DNA of 64,000 nt from Anolis carolinensis (Eukaryota): positions 260,864,525-260,928,524 of the forward strand of contig NC_085841.1 of assembly GCF_035594765.1 (NCBI RefSeq), written 5' to 3'. Below the pieces are notes generated by a model. It saw nothing but the letters and a program-made list of their open reading frames with translations, ran no database searches and was not told where the DNA came from. This document shows positions 1 to 11,011 of the stretch, one piece after another (position 1 is the stretch's first letter; the number at the start of each line of letters is the position of its first letter). The position numbers were made by a program, and so were the translations under genes.

Positions 1-1599
1 TAATATTGTCATAAAGGTAAAAAAAGTATAAAATAAAGCAACATGCATTTGAAATGCAATGATGTAGGCTCTAAAAACCAAATTACAAAGAACAGAAACA
101 TCCATTCTATTAATCAGATTGACTACATGTTATACCTGTACCGCACTGTTGATTGACTCACTGGACAGTATGTCTAACTAATAGGATTTAGGCCAAAATA
201 TTCATTTATAAACTAGATGTCCATAGAAGCTCCTTTTTAAAAAAAGAGAAGATGCAACATTTGCCTTATATCCTCAGAAAGATATTTTGTCAGAATGTAT
301 TAGGACAGTAAATTATACTGGAGTTTGATGTTTGCATCTCTTTTTGCTTCATAATCAAGTTCTGTATTAAAGAGACCTATATCTTCCATCAAGCAAAGTC
401 AATTTTTTGCCCAGAAGGAATTATGCTGCTTCCATATGTCTGCTAAAGTGCTTATTTTGCATAAATGTTCCCAATCTGCATGCATGCTTTATTGTTCAGG
501 CCTAAATATATTAACTCAGAAATATGTCCCACTGGCTTTAATTTGGATGCACTGGCTAGAAAGTTTGTTTACAGATTGTATAGATTGTACAGCTAAAATA
601 CAGGAGTTAAGTTTACAAGAGATTGTGTGGTGGTAGGCATACAGAGAGAGCTGAAGGTTCTGAACAATACTGTGTATACAGATGAGCAGGAGGTAAAATT
701 GAGGCCATGATGGAGGAATATGTGACAATCCAATTAAATGATGTTTCTGATTAAATTAATAGTTTCCAAGCTGTCTTTGAAATCTAGTGCAGGCACTAGA
801 TTCCATGCGATCTTGAAAACTCAGTAGGGTCAGCCTGATCAGTGTTTGTATAGAAGACTACCAATGTATACCAGGTGCTGTTTGCTATATCATTGGAAAA
901 CCATTTCCAAGTATTCCTTACTTCAGAAAATCTAATGAAATTCAGGAAGCCACCATAAGTTAACAGATGACTTGAAGGCACCTAAATGCACTCTCGCACA
1001 CATAATCTTTCCTAAATTGAAAACTGGGAGAATTCCACTGTATGACTTTTGGCCCACCAGTGTTTGGGATTTCAACTCCCAAAAGCCCCATACAGCTTAG
1101 CCAGCTCTCAGGAATTCTGGAAACAAAATGGCTGAAGGACCAAAGGTTGGCAACCACTACATCAAGTACAAGATACAGGAGCATGGAAGAACATCAGCCT
1201 GGACTATTACACTTGTGTAACTAAGTTTGCATCCTTTGGACTCTAAATTAAGTCAACTCTGAATCATGGTGGCCTGATCTTAAGGATTTTGTGTCAACAT
1301 GGTTTGCCGTGGTCTTCATCTAAGGCTGAAAGAGTGCAACTTGCCCAAGCTCCTTCCTTAGATCATTACCTCTCCAACAATCCTATTTGATTTGCTCTCA
1401 CAAACTTAATGGGATGACTGCATCAATGTGGTGAGCATCAAGTGGTACTACAGTATCAAAAAAAAGTGACCCCTGTTGATCAAATATTTGACATGAATGG
1501 CATATGAAGCTACTTGTCGATAAATGAGTCTAGCAAAGTGCATTATAGATTCTTTCAGAGCATAGAGGATAGTAAAGTTTTCCAGATTTTATCAATGAC

Positions 1600-1777
1600 N
1601 NNNNNNNNNNNNNNNNNNNNNNNNNNNNNNNNNNNNNNNNNNNNNNNNNNNNNNNNNNNNNNNNNNNNNNNNNNNNNNNNNNNNNNNNNNNNNNNNNNNN
1701 NNNNNNNNNNNNNNNNNNNNNNNNNNNNNNNNNNNNNNNNNNNNNNNNNNNNNNNNNNNNNNNNNNNNNNNNNNNNN
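1600..1777. other. Assembly gap (178 N)
   Basis: Run of N characters. Confidence 1.
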
Positions 1778-2264
1778 CCTTGGTAAACTTTTAGTAACAG
1801 CATTAAAAATCTGTATATCTAAATTGTTAGCCAATAGCCAGTTGTGATATGGGCTTATTTTGTTTGTTTGTCTACAATGTTTTATGTTTTGCCTGGTAAA
1901 AGGTTCTGGGAAGAACTGTCAGCAAATGTGGGGGTGGACTGAGTAGTTCTTTTAGGAAGCAGGTGATGCTTTGCAAGTCAGGATGGTTTATTTAATGGCT
2001 ATAGCCATGTAATATTCATCAGTGAATTTAATGGCTATATCCATGTAATACTGGGTTTACAAGACCATTTTGAGTACAAAATTCTGGAATTCTGACCAGT
2101 CCTCCAACACAATGATAGCAATGCTTAACCCATTGTTTAAATAAGCAGGCTGCTCATAAGATGATTATATATATTACAAAAAGACACCTCCTGGCAGGCT
2201 AAAACCTTTTCATCCAAACAGGCATTTAAAGGTGAATCTGTTTAGGATCTAGTCAGGGCGTGTT

Positions 2265-2776
2265 ATGGATTTTAACTGAATGTTTTCATACTATTTGTGT
2301 TTAATTCTGTTTTAATGTTTGTATATTTGTATATTTTAAATTGGATAGGTAAAGGTAAAGGTTTTCCCATGACATTAAGTCTAGTTGTGCCTAATTCTGG
2401 AGGTTGCTGCTCATCTCCATTTCTAAGCCGAAGAGCCTGTGTTGTAAACACCTCCAAGGTCATGTAGCCAGCATGACTGCATGGAGCGCCATTACCTTCT
2501 CGCTGGAGCGGTACCTATTGATCTACTCTCATTTGCATGTTTTCGAACTGCCAAATTGGCAGAAGCTGGGGCTAACAGCAGAAGCTCACCCCACTCACCA
2601 GATTCAAACTGTCGGCCTTTCAGTCAGCAAGTTCAGCAGCTCAGCAGTTTAACACGCTGCGCCACCAGAGGCTCCTTAAATTGGATACTAATGCTTTTAT
2701 GTCAAGCCGCTTTGAGTCCCCTTTGGAGAGATAAAGTGGGGTATTAATAGATATAATAATAATAGTAATAGTAATA
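2265..2776 (+). mobile_element. L2-type LINE 3' end remnant, interrupted by a Sauria SINE
   Basis: T-rich 3'UTR, terminal stem-loop aagccgctttgagtccc...gagataaagtggggtat and a TAA-like tail. Collinear with the uninterrupted copy at about 54283-54470. Confidence 0.6.
2348..2675 (-). mobile_element. Sauria SINE, full length
   Basis: Reverse-complemented (ACCTTT)n tail (ggtaaaggtaaagg) and GGAGCC..GGTGGCGCAGCG tRNA-like head. Perfect 12-bp TSD ttaaattggata at 2336-2347 and 2676-2687. Confidence 0.88.
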
Positions 2777-4316
2777 AACACTTTTAAAAATTCTGCCCAT
2801 ATCTACCTTCTGCTTTTATGAAGCACTTTGAAGATAAAAGTGCTACATAAATCACACTGTTCTACCAAATTAAGCTTTAGCATGATTTATGTTAATTACA
2901 TTTCTTCCTGTCTCAATGGCTTCCTCTATCTGTTGATCTAGACTGCATTGTAATTGCATTGATCATGGTGAATTGTGGAGAGAAATATAATGGTTGTTTG
3001 CTTTTCAAATCTTGTTACTCTAAACATTGGCAACATTTGCCAGCTTATATAATGTTGTAAGGACACATGGCCATCAGTAGACACATTTGTAATTACGGAG
3101 ACTGGGAAAGCTCCTGCCATTCTTCTGCGTATCACAAGTGTGACTTCAATATACAATGGATGTCATGTTTTTAAAGTGTAAATCTTTTCTAAAATGTATG
3201 TTTGCATCACCTTAGGAGGGACTTGGCAACTAGACCAGCAATAGGTAGGTAAGTAGGTAGATTCAACCACTACTAGTCCAGTCAGCCTGGGAAGAACAGA
3301 ATGATAACAAGGCAGACGGCATCGATAACTTTCCTAAAACAAATTGGTAAGCAGCCATCTGCAAGATCTACTCAATAGCTCTCAAGAACCTTTATTCAGT
3401 CATTAGTTGTAGGTACTTACCTTAAATTATGTCTTGTAGCAAAGTTATCTAATTCCTAATCAATTTGCTTGCCTTCTTCTGACCCTTCTCCTGCAGTTCA
3501 ATATCCTTTTGAGACTGGACAGAACAGGACTCTAAATATGCAATATAATTTTCATTATATGCATGACAATTTGCATGTGTAAATCTGTGTAATAGAAGGA
3601 GCACTTTTTCATGCGCTGCATTCAACTCATTGCGCTTTCTAAAAAGAGTAGACACCACACTTTTCAGAAGTATCTAGAATTTAAGGTAGGCTGGGGAGAA
3701 AGTTGGAGAGCCCAACATCTGCAGGATGTGGCTATAGTGGAGGCAGAAAGGTGAAGGTATATACTGGCTGATATATATTATTAGCTGTGATTCAGAGTTA
3801 ACATGCAGAGGATGACAGGTTTCTGAACAGTTGACAGCTCTCACAAACGCTGTTGTTTTACAGAGGCATGTGAATGGGTTGAAAGAGTCTGAGATGAAAG
3901 ATAACAAAGTTCTTGTCCTGGCATAAGATAATCCCCCACACATAATTGTTCATTTCTAAAACAGGACCAAGGAGTTCTCACTGATATGATCTAAGGCATA
4001 GCACAGCAACATATCCTTCTTATTGAGAGACACAATAAAATTGCTGCTCTCTGTAGTCCCACCAGTATTGCAAAAATGTCAGAGAAGGAAAGATTCAGAA
4101 TATGGATTCGCCAATGTCCCCTTTGGGAGTAGGGATCTTAGAAGATGATAAAAATGACAGAGAGAGCTCTGAGTCAGGCATCCTGCACAAAGCAGGAACT
4201 CTGTAGCTACAGCACTCCCAGTATCAGCCTTTGCTTTAAGAACACTAGCAAGGGAGAGCTTCCACACCTACCAGTAACTGTTGCATTGATTCCTCTAGAA
4301 TCACTATGTCCTGAAA

Positions 4317-4734
4317 CACTGTTTCTAAAACTGTGGGTCCTGAACCCTTAGCTCAATGTTGGGGTTACAAAAATTGGACAACAGTAAAAGGTTTCTGAAC
4401 ACAATTCATTTACACAAATTTGTTAGCAATAACATGCAGTTTTTGAAGTGAACTCTGAAGAAAATTCAGCTATACTCCCCACCCCCAAAAGCCTTGGAAA
4501 TGCTTATTTATTTTCAGTAAGTGTTTGATTTCTATATAGGGTTGTTGTATGTTTTCCAGGCTGTATAGCCATGTTCCAAAAGCATTCTCTCCTGATGTTT
4601 CACCCACATCTATAGTAGGCATTCTCAGAGGTTGTGAGGTACATTTTTATATATAATTCATATACCTATATATGTCACGTAAAGATTTATTGAGTGTAAA
4701 GGGATTGCGAGTGGAAAAAGTTTAAGAAGCTCTG
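4317..4734. mobile_element. Non-autonomous hAT (Charlie-like) element
   Basis: Imperfect TIRs cactgtttctaaaact / agtttaagaagctctg. 8-bp TSD tcctgaaa / tcctgaag. Confidence 0.65.
4538..4639 (-). mobile_element. Penelope-like element terminal fragment with degenerate minimal hammerhead ribozyme, nested in the hAT element
   Basis: Minus strand reads CCT-CTGAGAA-TGCCTAC-TATAGAT-GTGGGT-GAAA-CATC-AGGAG, followed by ...CATACAACAACCC. This resembles the recalled lizard PLE pseudo-LTR hammerhead layout (CTGAnGA-stem II-GAAAC-GTC). Confidence 0.7.
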
Positions 4735-6860
4735 TCCTGAAGTACCTTAGGATTCAATTAGGTCAGGTTAAAAGCACAACTAAAAAAGGTTTTATTTTAG
4801 AGTTTACTTTTGCAAGTCAATGCTGATACAAATTACACTGCATCAGCCTTCTCCAGCCTGGTGTTAGATGTTCTGGATTATAACGTCCAACCACCACCCA
4901 CTCTGAAAAAGGGATGATGGGGATTGCAGTCGAAAGCATTTGGAAGAACTTGCATGTTGCTCTGTATTATATTTTCCAAAAGAATGTGTTACAATGGAAG
5001 AGGATTGATTTCTAGGGCAGAATAATGACATCTTTCAAGGAGGACAGAGTCCTTCAGCACCTTGGACAGCATACTAGGCAGACCCCTCCTTTGCTTATCT
5101 TGTGCTTTTTCAAGTTGGGCTCTGTTCTTTGAATAATGAACATGCAAGACAGCAGTGAGAATCCAGTGGCCCTCCAGATCTTTCAGGATTGCAGTTGAAA
5201 TAGTTGTACATCTGGAAGACCACATAATTTATTTATTTTTGCAACAAGGAATGCAGTCTCCAAGGCGATCTGGTAGATTAATGTGCTCCCTGGCTTTCCA
5301 GAGTTGACCATCCTGATCTAGATAAATTCAAGATGAAGAAAACTGCTTCAGAGTGATTCATATATAACAGCAAGCGTGTCCAGGCCAGCCCCTTCCTCAT
5401 AATTTTCCATTAAGAGGGAGGCAATTTTATTTTATCCATTATATTAAACAATGGTCAGTTTGCTGTGGAAGGTATTTTATCACTTGGTGCTGTAAATGTC
5501 AATGGCATAGATTTTTATTTTTTAATTAAAAATAAAATTTTAATTATGCCTTTATTTTTGTTTTAATATTTACACAGGGCATAAAAGCAGGATATGCATC
5601 CCAAAAAATGATAGTCTGGCAGACTAGTCTGAACTGGAACGGCTTAAAATACAGCAATTTTTTGGCTGGAATAATTGCAAGAGTCTTTTCTGGAAGCAAA
5701 TGAGGAAGCAGATGCACAAACAAAATGGATGAGATTTGGATACTGCTTCAGGTTGTTATGATTTGAAATGATTTAGCCTAATCATGTCTGTTGGTGACTT
5801 TCCCTGTGCTCATTTATTTCTGTATTTGTTGGGAAATTTGTTGACAGAACTAAGATCAATGGATTTCTGGGCAAGAAGCCCAGGGGTAACTTCAATGGCT
5901 TGGCTGTCAGCCTATCCACTACAAAAATATATATTTATTTAGGCTTGTGTACATTTCATCAGTTGCAGAGTGTGGAGGGGATGGTGGTACTCCCCGAATA
6001 TGCTTGCTGTCATAATTCTGATTTCCTGTATTTTGGAAAATGGAGTTTTCTAGTAAGGCATGATATTTCATGTTTGAGATATTACAGAATATTAGAAGGA
6101 GCAGATTTCTCACTGAGCGTTAACAGCACAGAAATTCAGAACTAGGAGTTCAAACATTTAATGAAGTCTTAGAAAGGGTTTTTGCCATGACACATAATCC
6201 ACAGCTGCCTCTAGTACAGGAAATAAAAGGATGGAAATAACTGAAAGACACCACTGTTTCAATATGTCAAAACTCATGTAATGAGACCAAATAATTCCCT
6301 CCTTTTCCAGAGATGTTCCCAATCCTCCAAATCAACATTTATCCCTAAATCTTTAGCCTACAAAAATAATTGATTAGGAATTCAGAAAAAGAAATCCAGC
6401 TACCTATGAGGCTTTGTAGCGCCAACGCAAAGGTGATCAGTGGTCAAAGAGAGAGACAAGCATATGGTACAGACACAGCAGAATGTAAAAGAACCAATGG
6501 TGGGTTAATACAGGGTTTCTCTCTTTTGTGTGCTTGCATTTTAGGATTTAGCCAACGCCGAACAATTGCTCATTTTCAAAGAGATGTGCAGGGACTGTAA
6601 TGGTCAGTCAGTGCCATCATCTGGCATCTTGGTCCAGGCTACCACACAGCTTAGCCTAACATGTACTGTCAAGTAGTAAATGCTTTAAACGCAAATACTG
6701 ATCAACTGCTACCTAATTTACTCCAGCAAACAAATAAAAACCACTGCATATTTTGCCAAACGGGGGAATGACCACCTTTGTTATTGAATCCCATTACTGG
6801 TCCCCCCTCATTTTCAGAGTCGAAAGGATAAGTCCAAAAATGCATAGTTGTCCTCTGGTG

Positions 6861-7309
6861 CAGCGGTTCTCAGACTTTTTCAGCTACTGAGCCATTTTTG
6901 AAGCAAAAGTTTCTTATGGAGCACCAAGATATGTTTATATATTATATTATACATTATATAGAATTTATACATACCAGACATGGGCAAATCTTTTGAACAA
7001 AATTAACCCAACAGTATTTCAGTGGAAGACCCCAGGGGTCATCCAGTTCAACCCACTTCTACCATGCAGGAAAAGCATAAAGCAAACAAGGCGAGGTGGA
7101 AAGGATCTGGGTGAGGAAAAAGGTGAGGAAAAAAGGCTTTTAGTGAGAAGGGAGGCGAGAGGAAAGGCTTGTGGGGTTGAGGGAGGCAGGGGGAGGGGGA
7201 GCACGAAAGAGGGAGGAAAGTTTGGAGGGAGGAGAAGGGAACCACGGAGCCCTTCAGTATGCATTGCGGAGCCCTAAGGGCTCCATGGAGCACACTTTGA
7301 GAACTGCTG
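6861..7309. mobile_element. Non-autonomous hAT (Charlie-like) element with purine-rich interior
   Basis: TIRs cagcggttctcaga / tttgagaactgctg. 8-bp TSD ctctggtg / ctctagtg. Confidence 0.8.
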
Positions 7310-7318
7310 CTCTAGTGC

Positions 7319-7324
7319 TTTATT
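7319..7324 (-). promoter_or_regulatory. Candidate IGHMBP2 polyadenylation signal (AATAAA)
   Basis: First AATAAA I found on the minus strand downstream of the stop codon (tttatt on +), about 730 nt after TGA, with an ATTAAA immediately before it. No transcript evidence. Confidence 0.35.
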
Positions 7325-8055
7325 TTTAATTGTACTAATATTATGATCACTATCCAAATTCTTGAAACAAATGCATTCTTTTAGTTTATAAGGTGTGGCT
7401 GCAAGCAGAGAAAGCTCTCTCCTTAAAAACTTGTAGTATATTTATATTACACATGTATACTCAAAACCTTTTCCCGTCAAGATGCAAGTTTCCAAGTCTG
7501 AGGAGGGAAATGCTTCTTGTATATCCTTAATTTCTGGATTTAAGGAGGACTTCTCCATTACTCCCACTCTTTTGTAAGGATAGTCTAATGTCCCACAGAC
7601 AATTATTATTGTATGTCCATGCCATGTCAGCTGCACAGTTCATTGCTCAAGGCACTTAACTACCTTTGTCTTTTTGGAATATCTGCCATACACCCACTCA
7701 TTGTACATCCATTGCCTTGCCAATAAAGAAAATTGCTCCAAGCAAAAGCTGCCCACCTTCTGCCTTTACTGACAGTGCTTTATGCATTTGAAATGGCTGG
7801 TACCAATACATTTTACAAAACAAGATGCAACTGCAGGTGCAAGATTTAAAACGGCAAGCTGAGCTTTTTGATGCTGTTGTATGTGTTTTCTTCTGGGGTT
7901 GGCTCTCTGAAAACTAGAAAGGGCAAATGCCTGATTTTAAGCATTAAAAATAATCAGTGAAAAGGGTCAAGAAGTTTAGGGTTCTTTCCCTTTGGAACCT
8001 GACAATGCAAAGGAGGTGCTGGGGGGACCAAGTGGCTAGGAACATGCAATTCCTC

Positions 8056-8247
8056 TCATTTCTCTTTCTTTTTGCTTTTCCTCTGGCTAGTCAATTCATT
8101 TAGTTTTTTGTCCAGGCGCCTCTGGAGGTGAGCTCGCTTGGCGGGATCCAAGGACTTGTCTTTCGATCCGCTCCCAGGATACAGAACACCTTCCTTGCTG
8201 ATTCTCTGCCGGGCATGTGCTTTGGCCTTCTCTCCACACCCATGAAT
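8056..8247 (-). CDS. IGHMBP2: IGHMBP2 last coding exon (exon 15 equivalent), coding part to TGA stop
   Basis: [66 protein letters not shown] acceptor at 8248-8250. Completes the AN1 finger (HxC). Confidence 0.97.
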   Translation of the reverse strand: MHGCGEKAKAHARQRISKEGVLYPGSGSKDKSLDPAKRAHLQRRLDKKLNELTSQRKSKKKEK

Positions 8248-8976
8248 CTGTGAAAAAGAAACCCAATATGTCAGTGGAAGCCACTCAACAGTACTGAGAT
8301 GTCCTGACACAAAACAAATCATTGGTGCTGGTAGGATGCCTACTGAAACAAACTGGACATTCTACTGAGTAGATAAAAACAAGACATACAAAATATGAAA
8401 GCCATCCACTCCCCACCTCACAATAATCTAAAGAGAAACTGAATAGTCCTCTCAGATGGCTCACAATCTCTAAAAATGAAAGAACCTCCATTCCATCTTC
8501 TGAGCACCTTCATTGCTCAAGCTGACAAATATCAATGTTGTTGCCTAACCAACATTATTTGAAGAGCAATCAAAATAAAAATGTTGGGGGACAGAACAGG
8601 AATTCAGGAGTCCCAAAGGGTGCAGATGGGCTGTCCTGGGCCTCCCACATGGCATGGGGTTGGACTTTGCTGACTAGTGACAAAGTGATCAGAAAGCAAA
8701 TAGTAAAGAAGCACATCTATTAAAATGTACGAAACAATATACATGTTGCCCATGTGATCAATTCTAGATGGCATAAAAATAGGAAATTTCTGAAAGAATC
8801 TTAGGGAAAATTATTTTCAAGAGAACGAAAAACATTACAGCCTCACTAGGGGTCTGCCACATTATCTGGGCCAAAATGAAATCATAATATATATTAACTA
8901 GCTGTGCCCGGCCACGCGTTGCTGTGGCGAAGTCTGGTGGTATGGGAAATAAAGTATTGAGGAATTGGTGGTAGTT

Positions 8977-9303
8977 AAGGTCAAGGGTAAAGGTTTTCCC
9001 CTGACATTAAGTCCAGTCATGTCTAATTCTGGGGGTTGGTGCTCATCTCCATTTCTAAGCCGAAGAGCCGGCGTTGTCCGTAGACTCCTCCAAGGTCATG
9101 TGGGATGACTACATGGAACGACGTTACCTTCCCGCCAGAGCAGTACCTATTGATGCATTCACATTTGCATGTTTTCGAACTTCTGGGTTGGCAGAAGCTG
9201 GGGCTAACAGTGGGGGCTCTCTCCGCTCCCCCAATTCAAACCTGTGGCCTTTCGGTCCAGAAGTTCAGCAGCTCAGCGCTTTAACACGCTGCGCCATCAG
9301 GGG
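8977..9303 (-). mobile_element. Sauria SINE inside the Helitron
   Basis: Collinear with the SINE at 2348-2675 (aaggtaaaggttttccc...ttaacacgctgcgcca). Confidence 0.85.
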
Positions 9304-9456
9304 ATATTATTTCCTAAAGGTTGTGAATATACAATATTTCTGATTGGTTTTTTTTGTTTGTTGGAGGCAAGTATGAATGCTGCAATTAGGAAAAATGATT
9401 AGGATGTAATGGCCTTGCAGCTTTAAAGCCTGGCTGTTTCCTCCCTGAGTGAATTT

Positions 9457-10107
9457 TTTGTTGGGAGGTGTTAGCTGGCCCTGATTGTTTCCTGTGTGGA
9501 ATTCCCTTGTTTTCAGAGTGGTGTTGCTTGCGATATTTTATGTGCTTCTACTGTCTGTGGCCCTGAGAAAACAGAGGATTTTCCAGACTTTGATGATGGG
9601 AATACTTTGTTGGGAGGTGTTAGCTGGCCCTGATTGTTTCCTGTCTGGAATTCCCCTGTTTTCAGAGTGGTGTTCTTTGCGATATTTTATGTGCTTCTAC
9701 TGTCTGTGGCCCTGAGAAAACAGAAGATTTTCCAGACTTTGATGATGGGAATACTTTGTTGGGAGGTGTTACCTGGCCCTGATTGTTTCCTGTCTGGAAT
9801 TCCCCTGTTTTCAGAGTGGTGTTCTTTGCGATATTTTATGTGCTTCTACTGTCTGTGGCCCTGAGAAAACAGAGGATTTTCCAGACTTTGATGATGGGAA
9901 TACTTTGTTGGGAGGTGTTAGCTGGCCCTGATTGTTTCCTGTCTGGAATTCCCCAGTTTTCAGAGTGGTGTTCTTTGCGATATTTTATGTGCTTCTACTG
10001 TCTGTGGCCCTGAGAAAACAGAGGATTTGCCTGATTTTGATGATGGGAATACTTTGTTGGGAGGTGTTAGCTGGCCCTGATTGTTTCCTGTGTGGGATTC
10101 CCCTGTT
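9457..10107. repeat. 149-bp tandem repeat, about 4.4 copies, inside the Helitron
   Basis: Unit tttgttgggaggtgttagctggccctgattgtttcctg... recurs at about 9457, 9606, 9755, 9904 and 10053. The spurious ORFs in the track repeat with period 149. Confidence 0.95.
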
Positions 10108-10176
10108 TATTTACTGTCCTGGTTTTAGAGATTATATTGTTCTGCATTATTCTATCCCAGTAATTATTTCATATTA

Positions 10177-10836
10177 AAGAAGAATCTCACTTATCCAACA
10201 TTCGCTTATACAATGTTCTGGATTATCCAACGCAGTCTGCCTTTTCATAATCAATGTTTTTGTAGTCAGTGTTTTAAATTCATTGTGATATTTTAGTGGT
10301 AAATTTGTAAATACAGTACAGTAGAGTCTCATTTATCCAACATAAACGGGCCGGCAGAACGTTGGATAAGCGAATATGTTGGATAATGAGGAATTAAGGA
10401 TAACCCTATTAAACATCAAATTAAGTTATGATTTTACAAATTAAGCACCAAAACATCATGTTAGACAACAAATTTGACAGAAAAAGTAGTTCAGTACACA
10501 GTAATGCTATATAGTAATTACTGTATTTATGAATTTAGCACCAAAATATCACGATATATTGAAAGCATTGACTACAAAAATGCGTTGGATAATCCAGAAC
10601 GTTGGATAAGCGAGTGTTGGATAAGTGAGACTCTACTGTAAATACTACATAGCATTACTGCGCATGGAACTACTTTTTCTGTCAAATTTGTTGTATAATA
10701 TGATGTTTTGGTGCTTAATTTGTATAACGATTACCTAATTTGATGTTTAATTGGCTTTTCCTGAATCCCTTCTTATTATCCAACATATTCACTTATCCTG
10801 CCGGCCTGTTTACGTTGGATAAGTGAGACTCTACTG
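10177..10836. mobile_element. pogo/Tigger-type (Tc1/mariner) MITE, outer copy, split by an inverted copy of the same family
   Basis: Degraded left TIR (aagaagaatctcacttatccaac), intact right TIR gttggataagtgagactctactg, TA flanks. Confidence 0.75.
10319..10638. mobile_element. pogo/Tigger-type MITE, inner copy in opposite orientation
   Basis: TIRs cagtagagtctcatttatccaac / gttggataagtgagactctactg, TA on both sides. Confidence 0.88.
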
Positions 10837-10881
10837 TATATTTCTAATCTTATATTATCTGCTCAGAACTGGATTATATGA

Positions 10882-11011
10882 GGCCCCTTCTTCACAGCTG
10901 TATAAAATGCACACTGAAGTGGATTATATGGTAGTGCGGAGTCAAGATAATCCAGTGCAAAGCAGATAATATAAGATTATAAATGGGTAATATAGCTGTG
11001 TGGAAGGGCCT
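10882..11011. mobile_element. Possible PIF/Harbinger-type MITE inside the Helitron
   Basis: Inverted ends ggccccttcttcacagct / agctgtgtggaagggcct with 3-bp tga/tga flanks. Confidence 0.5.

Noticed and set aside
1514-1834. ORFs full of X residues
   Set aside because: Artefacts of the N gap.
1-6850. Possible neighbouring gene downstream of IGHMBP2
   Set aside because: Only short ORFs with no recognisable domain or consistent exon chain. A small exon or UTR of another gene cannot be excluded.
9457-10177. Regular repeat resembling a CRISPR array, or four tandem 76-81 aa genes
   Set aside because: Units are contiguous 149-bp tandem copies with no unique spacers, there are no cas genes, and the DNA is eukaryotic. 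The ORFs are by-products of the repeat.
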